Assembly (NCBI RefSeq): GCF_006345805.1
Contig: NW_021832282.1
Span: 69,063-133,062 of the forward strand
DNA from: Octopus sinensis
Taxonomy: Eukaryota
Length of the DNA: 64,000 bases
Reading direction: 5' to 3'
Position 1 is the stretch's first letter, and every line of letters starts with the position of its first letter. Below, piece after piece: positions 15,001 through 29,735 of this stretch. The position numbers and the translations under genes are program-made. Under the pieces are notes generated by a model that worked only from the letters and a program-made list of their open reading frames with translations, ran no database searches and had not been told where the DNA came from.

Positions 15001-18000
15001 TCATTAACGAACTCTCTGTATGTCTCTTTTCATGTCTATATTTTAATCTACGTAGAGACCATTCAATCTGACCATTCATTAACGAACTCTCTGTATGTCT
15101 CTTTTCATGTCTATATTTTAATCTACGCAGAGAGACCATTCAATCTGACCATTCATTAACGAACTCTCTGTATGTCTCTTTTCATGTCTATATTTTAATC
15201 TACGCAGAGACCATTCAATCTGACCATTCATTAACGAACTCTCTCTATGTCTCTTTTCATGTCTATATTTTAATCTACGCAGAGACATTCAATCTGACCA
15301 TTCATTAACGAACTCTCTGTATGTCTCTTTTCATGTCTATATTTAATCTACGCAGAGACCATTCAATCTGACCATTCATTAACGAACTCTCTGTATGTCT
15401 CTTTCATGTCTATATTTTAATCTACGTAGAGACCATTCAATCTGACCATTCATTAACGAACTCTCTGTATGTCTCTTTTCATGTCTATATTTTAATCTAC
15501 GCAGAGACCATTCAATCTGACCATTCATTAACGAACTCTCTGTATGTCTCCTTTCATGTCTATATTTTAATCTACGCAGAGACCATTCATCTGACCATTC
15601 ATTAACGAACTCTCTGTATCTCTTTTCATGTCTATATTTTAATCTACGTAGAGACCATTCAATCTGACCATTCATTACGAACTCTCTGTATGTCTCTTTT
15701 CATGTCTATATTTAATCTACGCAGAGACCATTCAATCTGACCATTCATTAACGAACTCTCTGTATGTCTCTTTTCATGTCTATAATTTAATCTACGTAGA
15801 GACCATTCAATCTGACCATTCATTAACGAACTCTCTGTATGTCTCTTTTCATGTCTATATTTTAATCTACGTAGAGACCATTCAATCTGACCATTCATTA
15901 ACGAACTCTCTGTATGTCTCTTTTCATGTCTATATTTTAATCTACGCAGAGACCATTCAATCTGACCATTCACTAACGAACTCTCTGTATGTCTCTTTTC
16001 ATGTCTATATTTTAATCTACGTAGAGACCATTCAATCTGACCATTCATTAACGAACTCTCTGTATGTCTCTTTTCATGTCTATATTTTAATCTACGCAGA
16101 GACCATTCATAAACGAACTCTCTGTATGTCTCTTTTCATGTCTATATTTTAATCTACGTAGAGACCATTCAATCTGACCATTCATTAACGAACTCTCTGT
16201 ATGTCTCTTTTCATGTCTATATTTTAATCTACGCAGAGACCATTCAATCTGACCATTCATTAACGAACTCTCTGTATGTCTCTATACATGACTATATTTT
16301 AATCTAAGCAGAGACCATTCAATCTGACCATTCATTAACGAACTCTCTGTATGTCTCTTTTCATGTCTATATTTTAATCTACGCAGAGACCATTCAATCT
16401 GACCATTCATTAACGAACTCTCTGTATGTCTCTTTTCATGTCTATATTTTAATCTACGTAGAGACCATTCAATCTGACCATTCATTAACGAACTCTCTGT
16501 ATGTCTCTTTTCATGTCTATATTTTAATCTACGCAGAGACCATTCAATCTGACCATTCATTAACGAACTCTCTGTATGTCTCTTTTCATGTCTATATTTA
16601 ATCTACGTAGAGACCATTCAATCTGACCATTCATTAACGAACTCTCTGTATGTCTCTTTTCATGTCTATATTTTAATCTACGTAGAGACCATTCAATCTG
16701 ACCATTCATTAACGAACTCTCTGTATGTCTCTTTTCATGTCTATATTTTAATCTACGCAGAGACCATTCAATCTGACCATTCATTAACGAACTCTCTGTA
16801 TGTCTCTTTTCATGTCTATATTTAATCTACGTAGAGACCATTCATCTGACCATTCATTAACGAACTCTCTGTATGTCTCTTTTCATGTCTATATTTTAAT
16901 CTACGCAGAGACCATTCATAAACGAACTCTCTGTATGTCTCTTTTCATGTCTATATTTTAATCTACGTAGAGACCATTCAATCTGACCATTCATTAACGA
17001 ACTCTCTGTATGTCTCTTTTCATGTCTATATTTTAATCTACGCAGAGACCATTCAATCTGACCATTCATTAACGAACTCTCTGTATGTCTCTTTACATGT
17101 CTATATTTTAATCTACGCAGAGACCATTCAATCTGACCATTCATTAACGAACTCTCTGTATGTCTCTTTTCATGTCTATATTTTAATCTACGCAGAGACC
17201 ATTCAATCTGACCATTCATTAACGAACTCTCTGTATGTCTCTTTTCATGTCTATATTTAATCTACGCAGAGACCATTCAATCTGACCATTCATTAACGAA
17301 CTCTCTGTATGTCTCTTTTCATGTCTATATTTTAATCTACGCAGAGACCATTCAATCTGACCATTCATTAACGAACTCTCTGTATGTCTCTTTTCATGTC
17401 TATATTTTAATCTACGCAGAGACCATTCATCATCATTAACGAACTCTCTGTATGTCTTTTCATGTCTATATTTTAATCTACGTAGAGACCATTCAATCTG
17501 ACCATTCATTAACGAACTCTCTGTATGTCTCTTTTCATGTCTATATTTAATCTACGCAGAGACCATTCATTAACGAACTCTCTGTATGTCTCTTTTCATG
17601 TCTATATTTTAATCTACGTAGAGACCATTCAATCTGACCATTCATTAACGAACTCTCTGTATGTCTCTTTTCATGTCTATATTTTAATCTACGCAGAGAC
17701 CATTCAATCTGACCATTCATTAACGAACTCTCTGTATGTCTCTTTTCATGTCTATATTTTAATCTACGTAGAGACCATTCAATCTGACCATTCATTAACG
17801 AACTCTCTGTATGTCTCTTTTCATGTCTATATTTTAATCTACGTAGAGACCATTCAATCTGACCATTCATTAACGAACTCTCTGTATGTCTCTTTTCATG
17901 TCTATATTTTAATCTACGCAGAGACCATTCATACAAAACTCTCTGTATGTCTCTTTTCATGTCTATATTTTAATCTACGTAGAGACCATTCAATCTGACC

Positions 18001-21000
18001 ATTCATTAACGAACTCTCTGTATGTCTCTTTCATGTCTATATTTTAATCTACGCAGAGACCATTCAATCTGACCATTCATTAACGAACTCTCTGTATGTC
18101 TCTTTTCATGTCTATATTTTAATCTACGCAGAGACCATTCAATCTGACCATTCATTAACGAACTCTCTGTATGTCTCTTTCATGTCTATATTTAATCTAC
18201 GTAGAGACCATTCAATCTGACCATTCATTAACGAACTCTCTGTATGTCTCTTTTCATGTCTATATTTTAATCTACGCAGAGACCATTCAATCTGACCATT
18301 CATTAACGAACTCTCTGTATGTCTCTTTTCATGTCTATATTTTAATCTACGTAGAGACCATTCATTAACGAACTCTCTGTATGTCTCTTTTCATGTCTAT
18401 ATTTTAATCTACGCAGAGACCATTCAATCTGACCATTCATTAACGAACTCTCTGTATGTCTCTTTTCATGTCTATATTTTAATCTACGCAGAGACCATTC
18501 ATTAACGAACTCTCTGTATGTCTCTTTTCATGTCTATATTTTAATCTACGTAGAGACCATTCAATCTGACCATTCATTAACGAACTCTCTGTATGTCTCT
18601 TTTCATATCTATATTTTAATCTACGCAGAGACCATTCAATCTGACCATTCATTAACGAACTCTCTGTATGTCTCTTTTCATGTCTATATTTTAATCTACG
18701 TAGAGACCATTCAATCTGACCATTCATTAACGAACTCTCTGTATGTCTCTTTTCATGTCTATATTTTAATCTACGCAGAGACCATTCATTAACGAACTCT
18801 CTGTATGTCTCTTTTCATGTCTATATTTTAATCTACGTAGAGACCATTCAATCTGACCATTCATTAACGAACTCTCTGTATGTCTCTTTTCATGTCTATA
18901 TTTTAATCTACGCAGAGACCATTCAATCTGACCATTCATTAACGAACTCTCTGTATGTCTCTTTACATGTCTATATTTTAATCTAAATAGAGACCATTCA
19001 ATCTGACCATTCATTAACGAACTCTCTGTATGTCTCTTTTCATGTCTATATTTTAATCTACGCAGAGACCATTCAATCTGACCATTCATTAACGAACTCT
19101 CTGTATGTCTCTTTTCATGTCTATATTTTAATCTACGCAGAGACCATTCAATCTGACCATTCATTAACGAACTCTCTGTATGTCTTTTCATGTCTATATT
19201 TTAATCTACGCAGAGACCATTCAATCTGACCGTTCATTAACGAACTCTCTCTATGTCTATATACATGACTATATTTTAATCTACGCAGAGACCATTCAAT
19301 CTGACCATTCATTAACGAACTCTCTGTATGTCTCTTTTCATGTCTATATTTTAATCTACGCAGAGACCATTCAATCTGACCATTCATTAACGAACTCTCT
19401 GTATGTCTCTTTTCATGTCTATATTTTAATCTACGTAGAGACCATTCAATCTGACCATTCATTAACGAACTCTCTGTATGTCTCTTTTCATGTCTATATT
19501 TTAATCTACGCAGAGACCATTCATTAACGAACTCTCTGTATGTCTCTTTTCATGTCTATATTTTAATCTACGTAGAGACCATTCAATCTGACCATTCATT
19601 AACGAACTCTCTGTATGTCTCTTTTCATGTCTATATTTTAATCTACGCAGAGACCATTCAATCTGACCATTCATTAACGAACTCTCTGTATGTCTCTTTA
19701 CATGTCTATATTTTAATCTAAATAGAGACCATTCAATCTGACCATTCATTAACGAACTCTCTGTATGTCTCTTTTCATGTATATTTTAATCTACGCAGAG
19801 AGACCATTCAATCTGACCATTCATTAACGAACTCTCTGTATGTCTCTTTTCATGTCTATATTTTAATCTACGCAGAGACCATTCAATCTGACCATTCATT
19901 AACGAACTCTCTGTATGTCTCTTTTCATGTCTATATTTTAATCTACGCAGAGACCATTCAATCTGACCGTTCATTAACGAACTCTCTCTATGTCTATATA
20001 CATGACTATATTTTAATCTACGCAGAGACCATTCAATCTGACCATTCATTAACGAACTCTCTGTATGTCTCTTTTCATGTCTATATTTTAATCTACGCAG
20101 AGACCATTCAATCTGACCATTCATTAACGAACTCTCTGTATGTCTCTTTTCATGTCTATATTTTAATCTACGTAGAGACCATTCAATCTGACCATTCATT
20201 AACGAACTCTCTCTATGTCTCTTTTCATGTCTATATTTTAATCTACGTAGAGACCATTCAATCTGACCATTCATTAACGAACTCTCCGTATGTCTCTTTT
20301 CATGTCTATATTTTAATCTACGCAGAGACCATTCAATCTGACCATTCATTAACGAACTTTCTGTATGTCTCTTTTCATGTCTATATTTTAATCTATGTAG
20401 AGACCATTCAATCTGACCATTCATTAACGAACTCTCTGTATGTCTCTTTTCATGTCTATATTTTAATCTACGTAGAGACCATTCAATCTGACCATTCATT
20501 AACGAACTCTCTATGTCTCTTTACATGTCTATATTTTAATCTACGCAGAGACCATTCAATCTGACCATTCATTAACGAACTCTCTGTATGTCTCTTTACA
20601 TGTCTATATTTTAATCTACGCAGAGACCATTCAATCTGACCATTCATTAACGAACTCTCTGTATGTCTCTTTACATGTCTATATTTTAATCTACGCAGAG
20701 ACCATTCAATCTGACCATTCATTAACGAACTCTCTGTATGTCTCTTACATGTCTATATTTTAATCTACGTAGAGACCATTCAATCTGACCATTCATTAAC
20801 GAACTCTCTGTATGTCTCTTTTCATGTCTATATTTTAATCTACGCAGAGACCATTCAATCTGACCATTCACTAACGAACTCTCTGTATGTCTCTTTTCAT
20901 GTCTATATTTTAATCTACGTAGAGACCATTCAATCTGACCATTCATTAACGAACTCTCTGTATGTCTCTTTTCATGTCTATATTTTAATCTACGCAGAGA

Positions 21001-24000
21001 CCATTCATAAACGAACTCTCTGTATGTCTCTTTTCATGTCTATATTTTAATCTACGTAGAGACCATTCAATCTGACCATTCATTAACGAACTCTCTGTAT
21101 GTCTCTTTTCATGTCTATATTTTAATCTACGCAGAGACCATTCAATCTGACCATTCATTAACGAACTCTCTCTATGTCTATATACATGACTATATTTTAA
21201 TCTAAGCAGAGACCATTCAATCTGACCATTCATTAACGAACTCTCTGTATGTCTCTTTTCATGTCTATATTTTAATCTACGCAGAGACCATTCAATCTGA
21301 CCATTCATTAACGAACTCTCTGTATGTCTCTTTTCACGTCTATATTTTAATCTACGTAGAGACCATTCAATCTGACCATTCATTAACGAACTCTCTGTAT
21401 GTCTCTTTTCATGTCTATATTTTAATCTACGCAGAGACCATTCAATCAGACCATTCATTAACGAACTCTCTGTACGTCTCTTTTCATGTCTATATTTGAA
21501 TCTACGTAGAGACCATTCATTAACGAACTCTCTGTATGTCTCTTTTCATGTCTATATTTTAATCTACGTAGAGACCATTCAATCTGACCATTCATTAACG
21601 AACTCTCTGTATGTCTCTTTTCATGTCTATATTTTAATCTACGCAGAGACCATTCATTAACGAACTCTCTGATGTCTCTTTTCATGTCTATATTTTAATC
21701 TACGTAGAGACCATTCAATCTGACCATCATTAACGAACTCTCTGTATGTCTCTTTTCATATCTATATTTTAATCTACGCAGAGACATTCAATCTGACATT
21801 CACTAACGAACTCTCTGTATGTCTCTTTTCATGTCTATATTTTAATCTACGTAGAGACCATTCAATCTGACCATTCATAACGAACTCTCTGTATGTCTCT
21901 TTTCATGTCTATATTTTAATCTACGCAGAGACCTTCATTAACGAACTCTCTGTATGTCTCTTTTCATGTCTATATTTTAATCTACGTAGAGACCATTCAA
22001 TCTGACCATTCATTAACGAACTCTCTGTATGTCTCTTTTCATGTCTATATTTTAATCTACGCAGAGACCATTCATCTGACCATTCATTAACGAACTCTCT
22101 GTATGTCTTTACATGTCTATATTTTAATCTAAATAGAGACCATTCAATCTGACATTCATTACGAACTCTCTGTATGTCTCTTTTATGTCTATATTTTAAT
22201 CTACGCAGAGACCATTCAATCTGACCATTCATTAACGAACTCTCTGTATGTCTCTTTTCATGTCTATATTTTAATCTACGCAGAGACCATTCAATCTGAC
22301 CATTCATTAACGAACTCTCTGTATGTCTCTTTTATGTCTATATTTTAATCGCGCAGAGACCATTCAATCTGACCGTTCATTAACGAACTCTCTCTATGTC
22401 TATATACATGACTATATTTTATCTACGCAGAGACCATTCAATCTGACCATTCATTAACGAACTCTCTGTATGTCTCTTTTCATGTCTATATTTTAATCTA
22501 CGCAGAGACCATTCAATCTGACCATTCATTAACTTGAACTTCTCTGTATGTCTCATTCATGTGATATTTGCTATCTCTCTGAGACCATTCATCTTCATAC
22601 TGATCCATGTCTCTAACTATCTCTTGTATTCTTATATGCACACATCCTTCACATCTGAGACCATTCATTAACGAACTCTCTGTATGTCTCTTTTCATGTC
22701 TATATTTTAATCTACGTAGAGACCATTCAATCTGACCATTCATTAACGAACTCTCTGTATGTCTCTTTTCATGTCTATATTTTAATCTACGCAGAGACCA
22801 TTCAATCTGACCATTCACTAACGAACTCTCTGTATGTCTCTTTCATGTCTATATTTTAATCTACGTAGAGACCATTCAATCTGACCATTCATTAACGACG
22901 AACTCTCTGTATGTCTCTTTTCATGTCTATATTTTAATCTACGCAGAGACCATTCATAAACGAACTCTCTGTATGTCTCTTTTCATGTCTATATTTTAAT
23001 CTACGTAGAGACCATTCAATCTGACCATTCATTAACGAACTCTCTGTATGCTCTTTTCATGTCTATATTTTAATCTACGCAGAGACCATTCAATCTGACC
23101 ATTCATTAACGAACTCTCTCTATGTCTATATACATGACTATATTTTAATCTAAGCAGAGACCATTCAATCTGACCATTCATTAACGAACTCTCTGTATGT
23201 CTCTTTTCATGTCTATATTTTAATCTACGCAGAGACCATTCAATCTGACCATTCATTAACGAACTCTCTGTATGTCTCTTTTCATGTCTATATTTTAATC
23301 TACGTAGAGACCATTCAATCTGACCATTCATTAACGAACTCTCTGTATGTCTCTTTTCATGTCTATATTTTAATCTACGCAGAGACCATTCAATCTGACC
23401 ATTCATTAACGAACTCTCTGTACGTCTCTTTTCATGTCTATATTTTAATCTACGTAGAGACCATTCATTAACGAACTCTCTGTATGTCTCTTTTCATGTC
23501 TATATTTTAATCTACGTAGAGACCATTCAATCTGACCATTCATTAACGAACTCTCTGTATGTCTCTTTTCATGTCTATATTTTAATCTACGCAGAGACCA
23601 TTCATTAACGAACTCTCTGTATGTCTCTTTTCATGTCTATATTTTAATCTACGTAGAGACCATTCAATCTGACCATTCATTAACGAACTCTCTGTATGTC
23701 TCTTTTCATATCTATATTTTAATCTACGCAGAGACCATTCAATCTGACCATTCACTAACGAACTCTCTGTATGTCTCTTTTCATGTCTATATTTTAATCT
23801 ACGTAGAGACCATTCAATCTGACCATTCATTAACGAACTCTCTGTATGTCTCTTTTCATGTCTATATTTTAATCTACGCAGAGACCATTCATTAACGAAC
23901 TCTCTGTATGTCTCTTTTCATGTCTATATTTTAATCTACGTAGAGACCATTCAATCTGACCATCATTAACGAACTCTCTGTATGTCTCTTTCATGTCTAT

Positions 24001-27000
24001 ATTTTAATCTACGCAGAGACCATTCAATCTGACCATTCATTAACGAACTCTCTGTATGTCTCTTTACATGTCTATATTTTAATCTAAATAGAGACCATTC
24101 AATCTGACCATTCATTAACGAACTCTCTGTATGTCTCTTTCATGTCTATATTTTAATCTACGCAGAGACCATTCAATCTGACCATTCATTAACGAACTCT
24201 CTGTATGTCTCTTTTCATGTCTATATTTTAATCTACGCAGAGACCATTCAATCTGACCATTCATTAACGAACTCTCTCTGTATGTCTCTTTTCATGTCTA
24301 TATTTTAATCTACGCAGAGACCATTCAATCTGACCGTTCATTAACGAACTCTCTCTCTATGTCTATATACATGATATTTTAATCTACGCAGAGACCATTC
24401 AATCTGACCATTCATTAACGAACTCTCTGTATGTCTCTTTTCATGTCTATATTTTAATCTACGCAGAGACCATTCAATCTGACCATTCATTAACGAATCT
24501 CTGTATGTCTCTTTTCATGTCTATATTTTATCTACGCAGAGACCATTCAATCTGACCATTCATTAACGAACTCTCTGTATGTCTCTTTTCATGTCTATAT
24601 TTAATCTACGTAGAGACCATTCAATGACCATTCATTAACGAACTCTCTGTATGTCTCTTTTCATGTCTATATTTTAATCTACGCAGAGACCATTCAATCT
24701 GACCATTCACTAACGAACTCTCTGTATGTCTCTTTTCATGTCTATATTTTAATCTACGTAGAGACCATTCAATCTGACCATTCATTAACGAACTCTCTGT
24801 ATGTCTCTTTTCATGTCTATATTTTAATCTACGCAGAGACCATTCATAAACGAACTCTCTGTATGTCTCTTTTCATGTCTATATTTTAATCTACGTAGAG
24901 ACCATTCAATCTGACCATTCATTAACGAACTCTCTGTATGTCTTTTCATGTCTATATTTTAATCTACGCAGAGACCATTCAATCTGACCATTCATTAACG
25001 AACTCTCTCTATGTCTATATACATGACTATATTTTAATCTAAGCAGAGACCATTCAATCTGACCATTCATTAACGAACTCTCTGATGTCTCTTTTCATGT
25101 CTATATTTTAATCTACGCAGAGACCATTCAATCTGACCATTCATTAACGAACTCTCTGTATGTCTCTTTTCATGTCTATATATTTAATCTACGTAGAGAC
25201 CATTCAATCTGACCATTCATTAACGAACTCTCTGTATGTCTCTTTTCATGTCTATATTTTAATCTACGCAGAGACCATTCAATCAGACCATTCATTAACG
25301 AACTCTCTGTACGTCTCTTTTCATGTCTATATTTAATCTACGTAGAGACCATTCATTAACGAACTCTCTGTATGTCTCTTTTCATGTCTATATTTAATCT
25401 ACGTAGAGACCATTCAATCTGACCATTCATTAACGAACTCTCTGTATGTCTCTTTTCATGTCTATATTTTAATCTACGCAGAGACCATTCATTAACGAAC
25501 TCTCTGTATGTCTCTTTTCATGTCTATATTTTAATCTACGTAGAGACATTCAATCTGACCATTCATTAACGAACTCTCTGTATGTCTCTTTTCATATCTA
25601 TATTTTAATTACGCAGAGACCATTCAATCTGACCATTCACTAACGAACTCTCTGTATGTCTCTTTTCATGTCTATATTTAATCTACGTAGAGACCATTCA
25701 ATCTGACCATTCATTAACGAACTCTCTGTATGTCTCTTTTCATGTCTATATTTTAATCTACGCAGAGACCATTCATTAACGAACTCTCTGTATGTCTCTT
25801 TTCATGTCTATTTTAATCTACGTAGAGGACCATTCAATCTGACCATTCATTAACGAACTCTCTGTATGTCTCTTTTCATGTCTATATTTTAATCTACGCA
25901 GAGACCATTCAATCTGACCATTCATTAACGAACTCTCTGTATGTCTCTTTACATGTCTATATTTTAATCTAAATAGAGACCATTCAATCTGACCATTCAT
26001 TAACGAACTCTCTGTATGTCTCTTTTCATGTCTATATTTTAATCTACGCAGAGACCATTCAATCTGACCATTCATTAACGAACTCTCTGTATGTCTCTTT
26101 TCATGTCTATATTTTAATCTACGCAGAGACCATTCAATCTGACCATTCATTAACGAACTCTCTGTATGTCTCTTTTCATGTCTATATTTTAATCTACGCA
26201 GAGACCATTCAATCTGACCGTTCATTAACGAACTCTCTCTATGTCTATATACATGACTATATTTTAATCTACGCAGAGACCATTCAATCTGACCATTCAT
26301 TAACGAACTCTCTGTATGTCTCTTTTCATGTCTATATTTTAATCTACGCAGAGACCATTCAATCTGACCATTCATTAACGAACTCTCTGTATGTCTCTTT
26401 TCATGTCTATATTTTAATCTACGTAGAGACCATTCAATCTGACCATTCATTAACGAACTCTCTCTATGTCTCTTTTCATGTCTATATTTTAATCTACGTA
26501 GAGACCATTCAATCTGACCATTCATTAACGAACTCTCCGTATGTCTCTTTTCATGTCTATATTTTAATCTACGCAGAGACCATTCAATCTGACCATTCAT
26601 TAACGAACTTTCTGTATGTCTCTTTTCATGTCTATATTTTAATCTATGTAGAGACCATTCAATCTGACCATTCATTAACGAACTCTCTGTATGTCTCTTT
26701 TCATGTCTATATTTTAATCTACGTAGAGACCATTCAATCTGACCATTCATTAACGAACTCTCTCTATGTCTCTTTACATGTCTATATTTTAATCTACGCA
26801 GAGACCATTCAATCTGACCATTCATTAACGAACTCTCTGTATGTCTCTTTACATGTCTATATTTTAATCTACGCAGAGACCATTCAATCTGACCATTCAT
26901 TAACGAACTCTCTGTACGTCTCTTTTCATGTCTATATTTTAATCTACGTAGAGACCATTCAATCTGACCATTCATTAACGAACTCTCTCTATGACTCTTT

Positions 27001-27823
27001 ACATGTCTATATTTTAATCTACGCAGAGACCATTCAATCTGACCATTCATTAACGAACTCTCTCTATGTCTCTTTACATGTCTATATTTTAATCTACGTA
27101 GAGACCATTCAATCTGACCATTCATTAACGAACTCTCTCTATGTCTCTTTACATGTCTATATTTTAATCTACACAGAGACCATTCAATCTGACCATTCAT
27201 TAACGAACTCTCTCTATGTCTCTTTACATGTCTATATTTTAATCTACGTAGAGACCATTCAATCTGACCATTCATTAACGAACTCTCTCTATGTCTATAT
27301 ACATGGCTATATTTTAATCTACGTAGAGACCATTCATTAACGAACTCTCTCTATGTCTATATACATGACTATATTTTAATCTACGTAGAGACCATTCAAT
27401 CTGACCATTCATTAACGAACTCTCTCTATGTCTATATACATGGCTATATTTTAATCTACGTAGAGACCATTGAATCTGACCATTCATTAACGAACTCTCT
27501 TTATGTCTATATACATGGCTATATTTTAATCTACGTAGAGACCATTCAATCTGACCATTCATTAACGAACTCTCTCTATGTCTATATACATGACTATATT
27601 TTAATCTACGTAGAGACCATTCAATCTGACCATTCATTAACGAACTCTCTCTATGTCTATATACATGGCTATATTTTAATCTACGTAGAGACCATTCATT
27701 AACGAACTCTCTCTATGTCTATATACATGGCTATATTTTAATCTACGCAGAGACCATTCAATTTGACCCTTCATTAATGAACTCTCTCTATGTCTATATA
27801 CATGGCTATATTTTAATCTACGC
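1..27823. repeat. 75-bp tandem satellite array (about 370 monomers, open at the left window edge)
   Basis: Monomer TCTCTATGTCTATATACATGGCTATATTTTAATCTACGCAGAGACCATTCAATCTGACCATTCATTAACGAACTC repeats continuously. It ends abruptly at ...CTACGCA|AAGTGC near 27823 after slightly degenerate terminal units. Confidence 0.99.
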
Positions 27824-28050
27824 AAAGTGCATTGAAAATCACCGTGTCCGCATTATCCCTTGACGTAGAAATAGACAGATTTTTGTGTACCACATGCATA
27901 TAATTTGCAGAAGACCCACATACCAACAGACATCCAAGTGGTAAATCGAAAATATATCTCACTGTATATTTTCCGCAAGAACACAAGAAAGATCCTGAAA
28001 TGTAATAGATTATACTCGAAGATACTGCTGCTTATCAACTCTTGGCGATC

Positions 28051-28193
28051 CTTCGGTACAGGTACCGGAAATGGCTTTGTTTACGTTTCTGAAGTTAACA
28101 GAAACCCTTTTCTCCCACCCCTAACCTTAACCTAACACCCCATTTATATAAAAAAAACACTTTCTTGAAACGTATCCAGTACCTATACCGAAG
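28051..28193. mobile_element. Small inverted-repeat (MITE-like) element with internal CCCTAACC motif
   Basis: CTTCGGTACAGGTACCGGA (28051) is an imperfect reverse complement of TCCAGTACCTATACCGAAG (ending 28193). Inner ACGTTTC/GAAACGT also pair. Confidence 0.55.
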
Positions 28194-28229
28194 TTACTCC
28201 CAACTCTTAAAGAATTCCTTGAGGATTAA

Positions 28230-28432
28230 CCCTTTTGTTACCAACCTGGCTCTGTGGTACAAATGTCTTGTTTTCACAACTTTTGAATTAAAATCTTCCA
28301 CCAGACTTTAATCACAATTTACGTTCCTAACACTGGCTTAATGATAACTAAGTTATTTTACTAAATTCCTTGTTATATTTAAAATTAATTGAAAGAAACA
28401 CAGCATCTCGACAGAATATGGTAACAAAAGGG
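28230..28432. mobile_element. piggyBac-like MITE, copy 1
   Basis: TTAA|CCCTTTTGTTACC ... GGTAACAAAAGGG|TTAA. TTAA TSD with CCC/GGG termini is diagnostic of piggyBac. Confidence 0.85.
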
Positions 28433-28463
28433 TTAAAATATATAATAGAGAAACAATTCTTAA

Positions 28464-28683
28464 CCCTTTTGTTACCAACCCAGCTGAAACCAGCTCTGGC
28501 TCTGTGTACAAAAGTCTTGTTTTCATAAGTTCTGAATTAAAATCTTCCACCAAATCTTAGTCACAATTAATGTTCCTAACACTAGCTTAATGATAACGAA
28601 GTTATTTTACTAAATTCTTTGTTATATTTAAAGTAATTGAAAGAAACACAGAGCATCTCAAAATAAATAAAGTAACGAAAGGG
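28464..28683. mobile_element. piggyBac-like MITE, copy 2
   Basis: TTAA|CCCTTTTGTTACC ... GTAACGAAAGGG|TTAA. Internally homologous to copy 1. Confidence 0.85.
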
Positions 28684-28905
28684 TTAATTAATATGGAAGG
28701 TGTTAATTTATTTCATTTGCCATAAAGGCATTACAAAGAGCAGCTTACAGGCTGCACATATACATTGATGAGGTCAATGATGAAACGAGGATGATATTGA
28801 TGAGAGAAGGCAGAAAACGCCCTCCGATTTTCTGCTTCTCTAAAACATTGTTCTTTTTTTTTATATCAAAAACAACAATTATTGCACTTAATAGTCCATT
28901 ACAAA

Positions 28906-29280
28906 TACTCTTTTACTTGTTTCAGTCAGTTGACTGCGGCCATGCTGGAGCACCGCCTTTAGTCGAGCAACTCGACCCCGGGACTTATTCTTTTGTAAGC
29001 CCAGTACTTATTCTATCGGTCTCTTTTTGCCGAACCGCTAGGGGACATAAACACACCACACAAACACACCATAAACACAGACACACCATAAACACAGACA
29101 CACAAACACACACGCATATATACATATATACAACAGGCTTCTTTCAGTTTCCGTCTACCAAATCCACTCACAAGGCTTTGGTTGGCCCGGGGTTATAGCA
29201 GAAGACACTTGCCCAAGGTGCCAAACCGCAAAGTGACGGGGACATAAACACACCAGCATCGGCTGTGAAGCTATGCTAGG
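28906..29280 (-). mobile_element. SINE family A, head-truncated
   Basis: Matches the tail (TACTCTTTTACTTGTTTCAGTC...) and middle of the full copy at 49240-49710. Confidence 0.85.
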
Positions 29281-29299
29281 GGAAAAAAAAAAAAAAATT

Positions 29300-29550
29300 C
29301 AATTTCTGCAATTTCAACCAATCAATGATGTCCTTTGAGCTAAAAAAACATTCTGTGCCGTATGAATATGTCCCTCGTTTAAGAAACAGATTGGGTGTAT
29401 TTACATTTGTGAAGAAAAAAAGATACCCTTCCCCCACCCCTAACCCTAAAACAGATTGAAATGCAATAGATCGATACTAGGGTCATAATTATGGGTGACA
29501 ATTTCATATGACACCACTAGAAAAAACTGCCGGTCAAACCGAAAAGATCC
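29300..29550 (-). mobile_element. Family M TIR element fragment
   Basis: Ends ...AAAAACTGCCGGTCAAACCGAAAAGATCC. Internal sequence is shared with 48034-48749. Confidence 0.8.
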
Positions 29551-29735
29551 ACCCTTTGCCTTAAACATCCCCACTTGTTTCCAAACTTTTAGCTAGCCCT
29601 CGTTTTCTATGCTCTGAGTTGCATAAAGCTTTCCTAAGTCTCCAGTTACTTAGATAGGTGGAAAAGAAATACGGAATATGTATTATATATAATGCATGGA
29701 CACCAGGGAAATATATCCTGTGTATCTCCTATGTT

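Noticed and set aside
459-27637. Dozens of ORFs with MNGQIEWSLRRLKY... or YILIYAETIQSDH... repeats, up to 485 aa
   Set aside because: The 75-bp unit is 25 codons with no stop in those frames. There are no unique termini or splice signals, and breaks coincide with 1-bp homopolymer indels.
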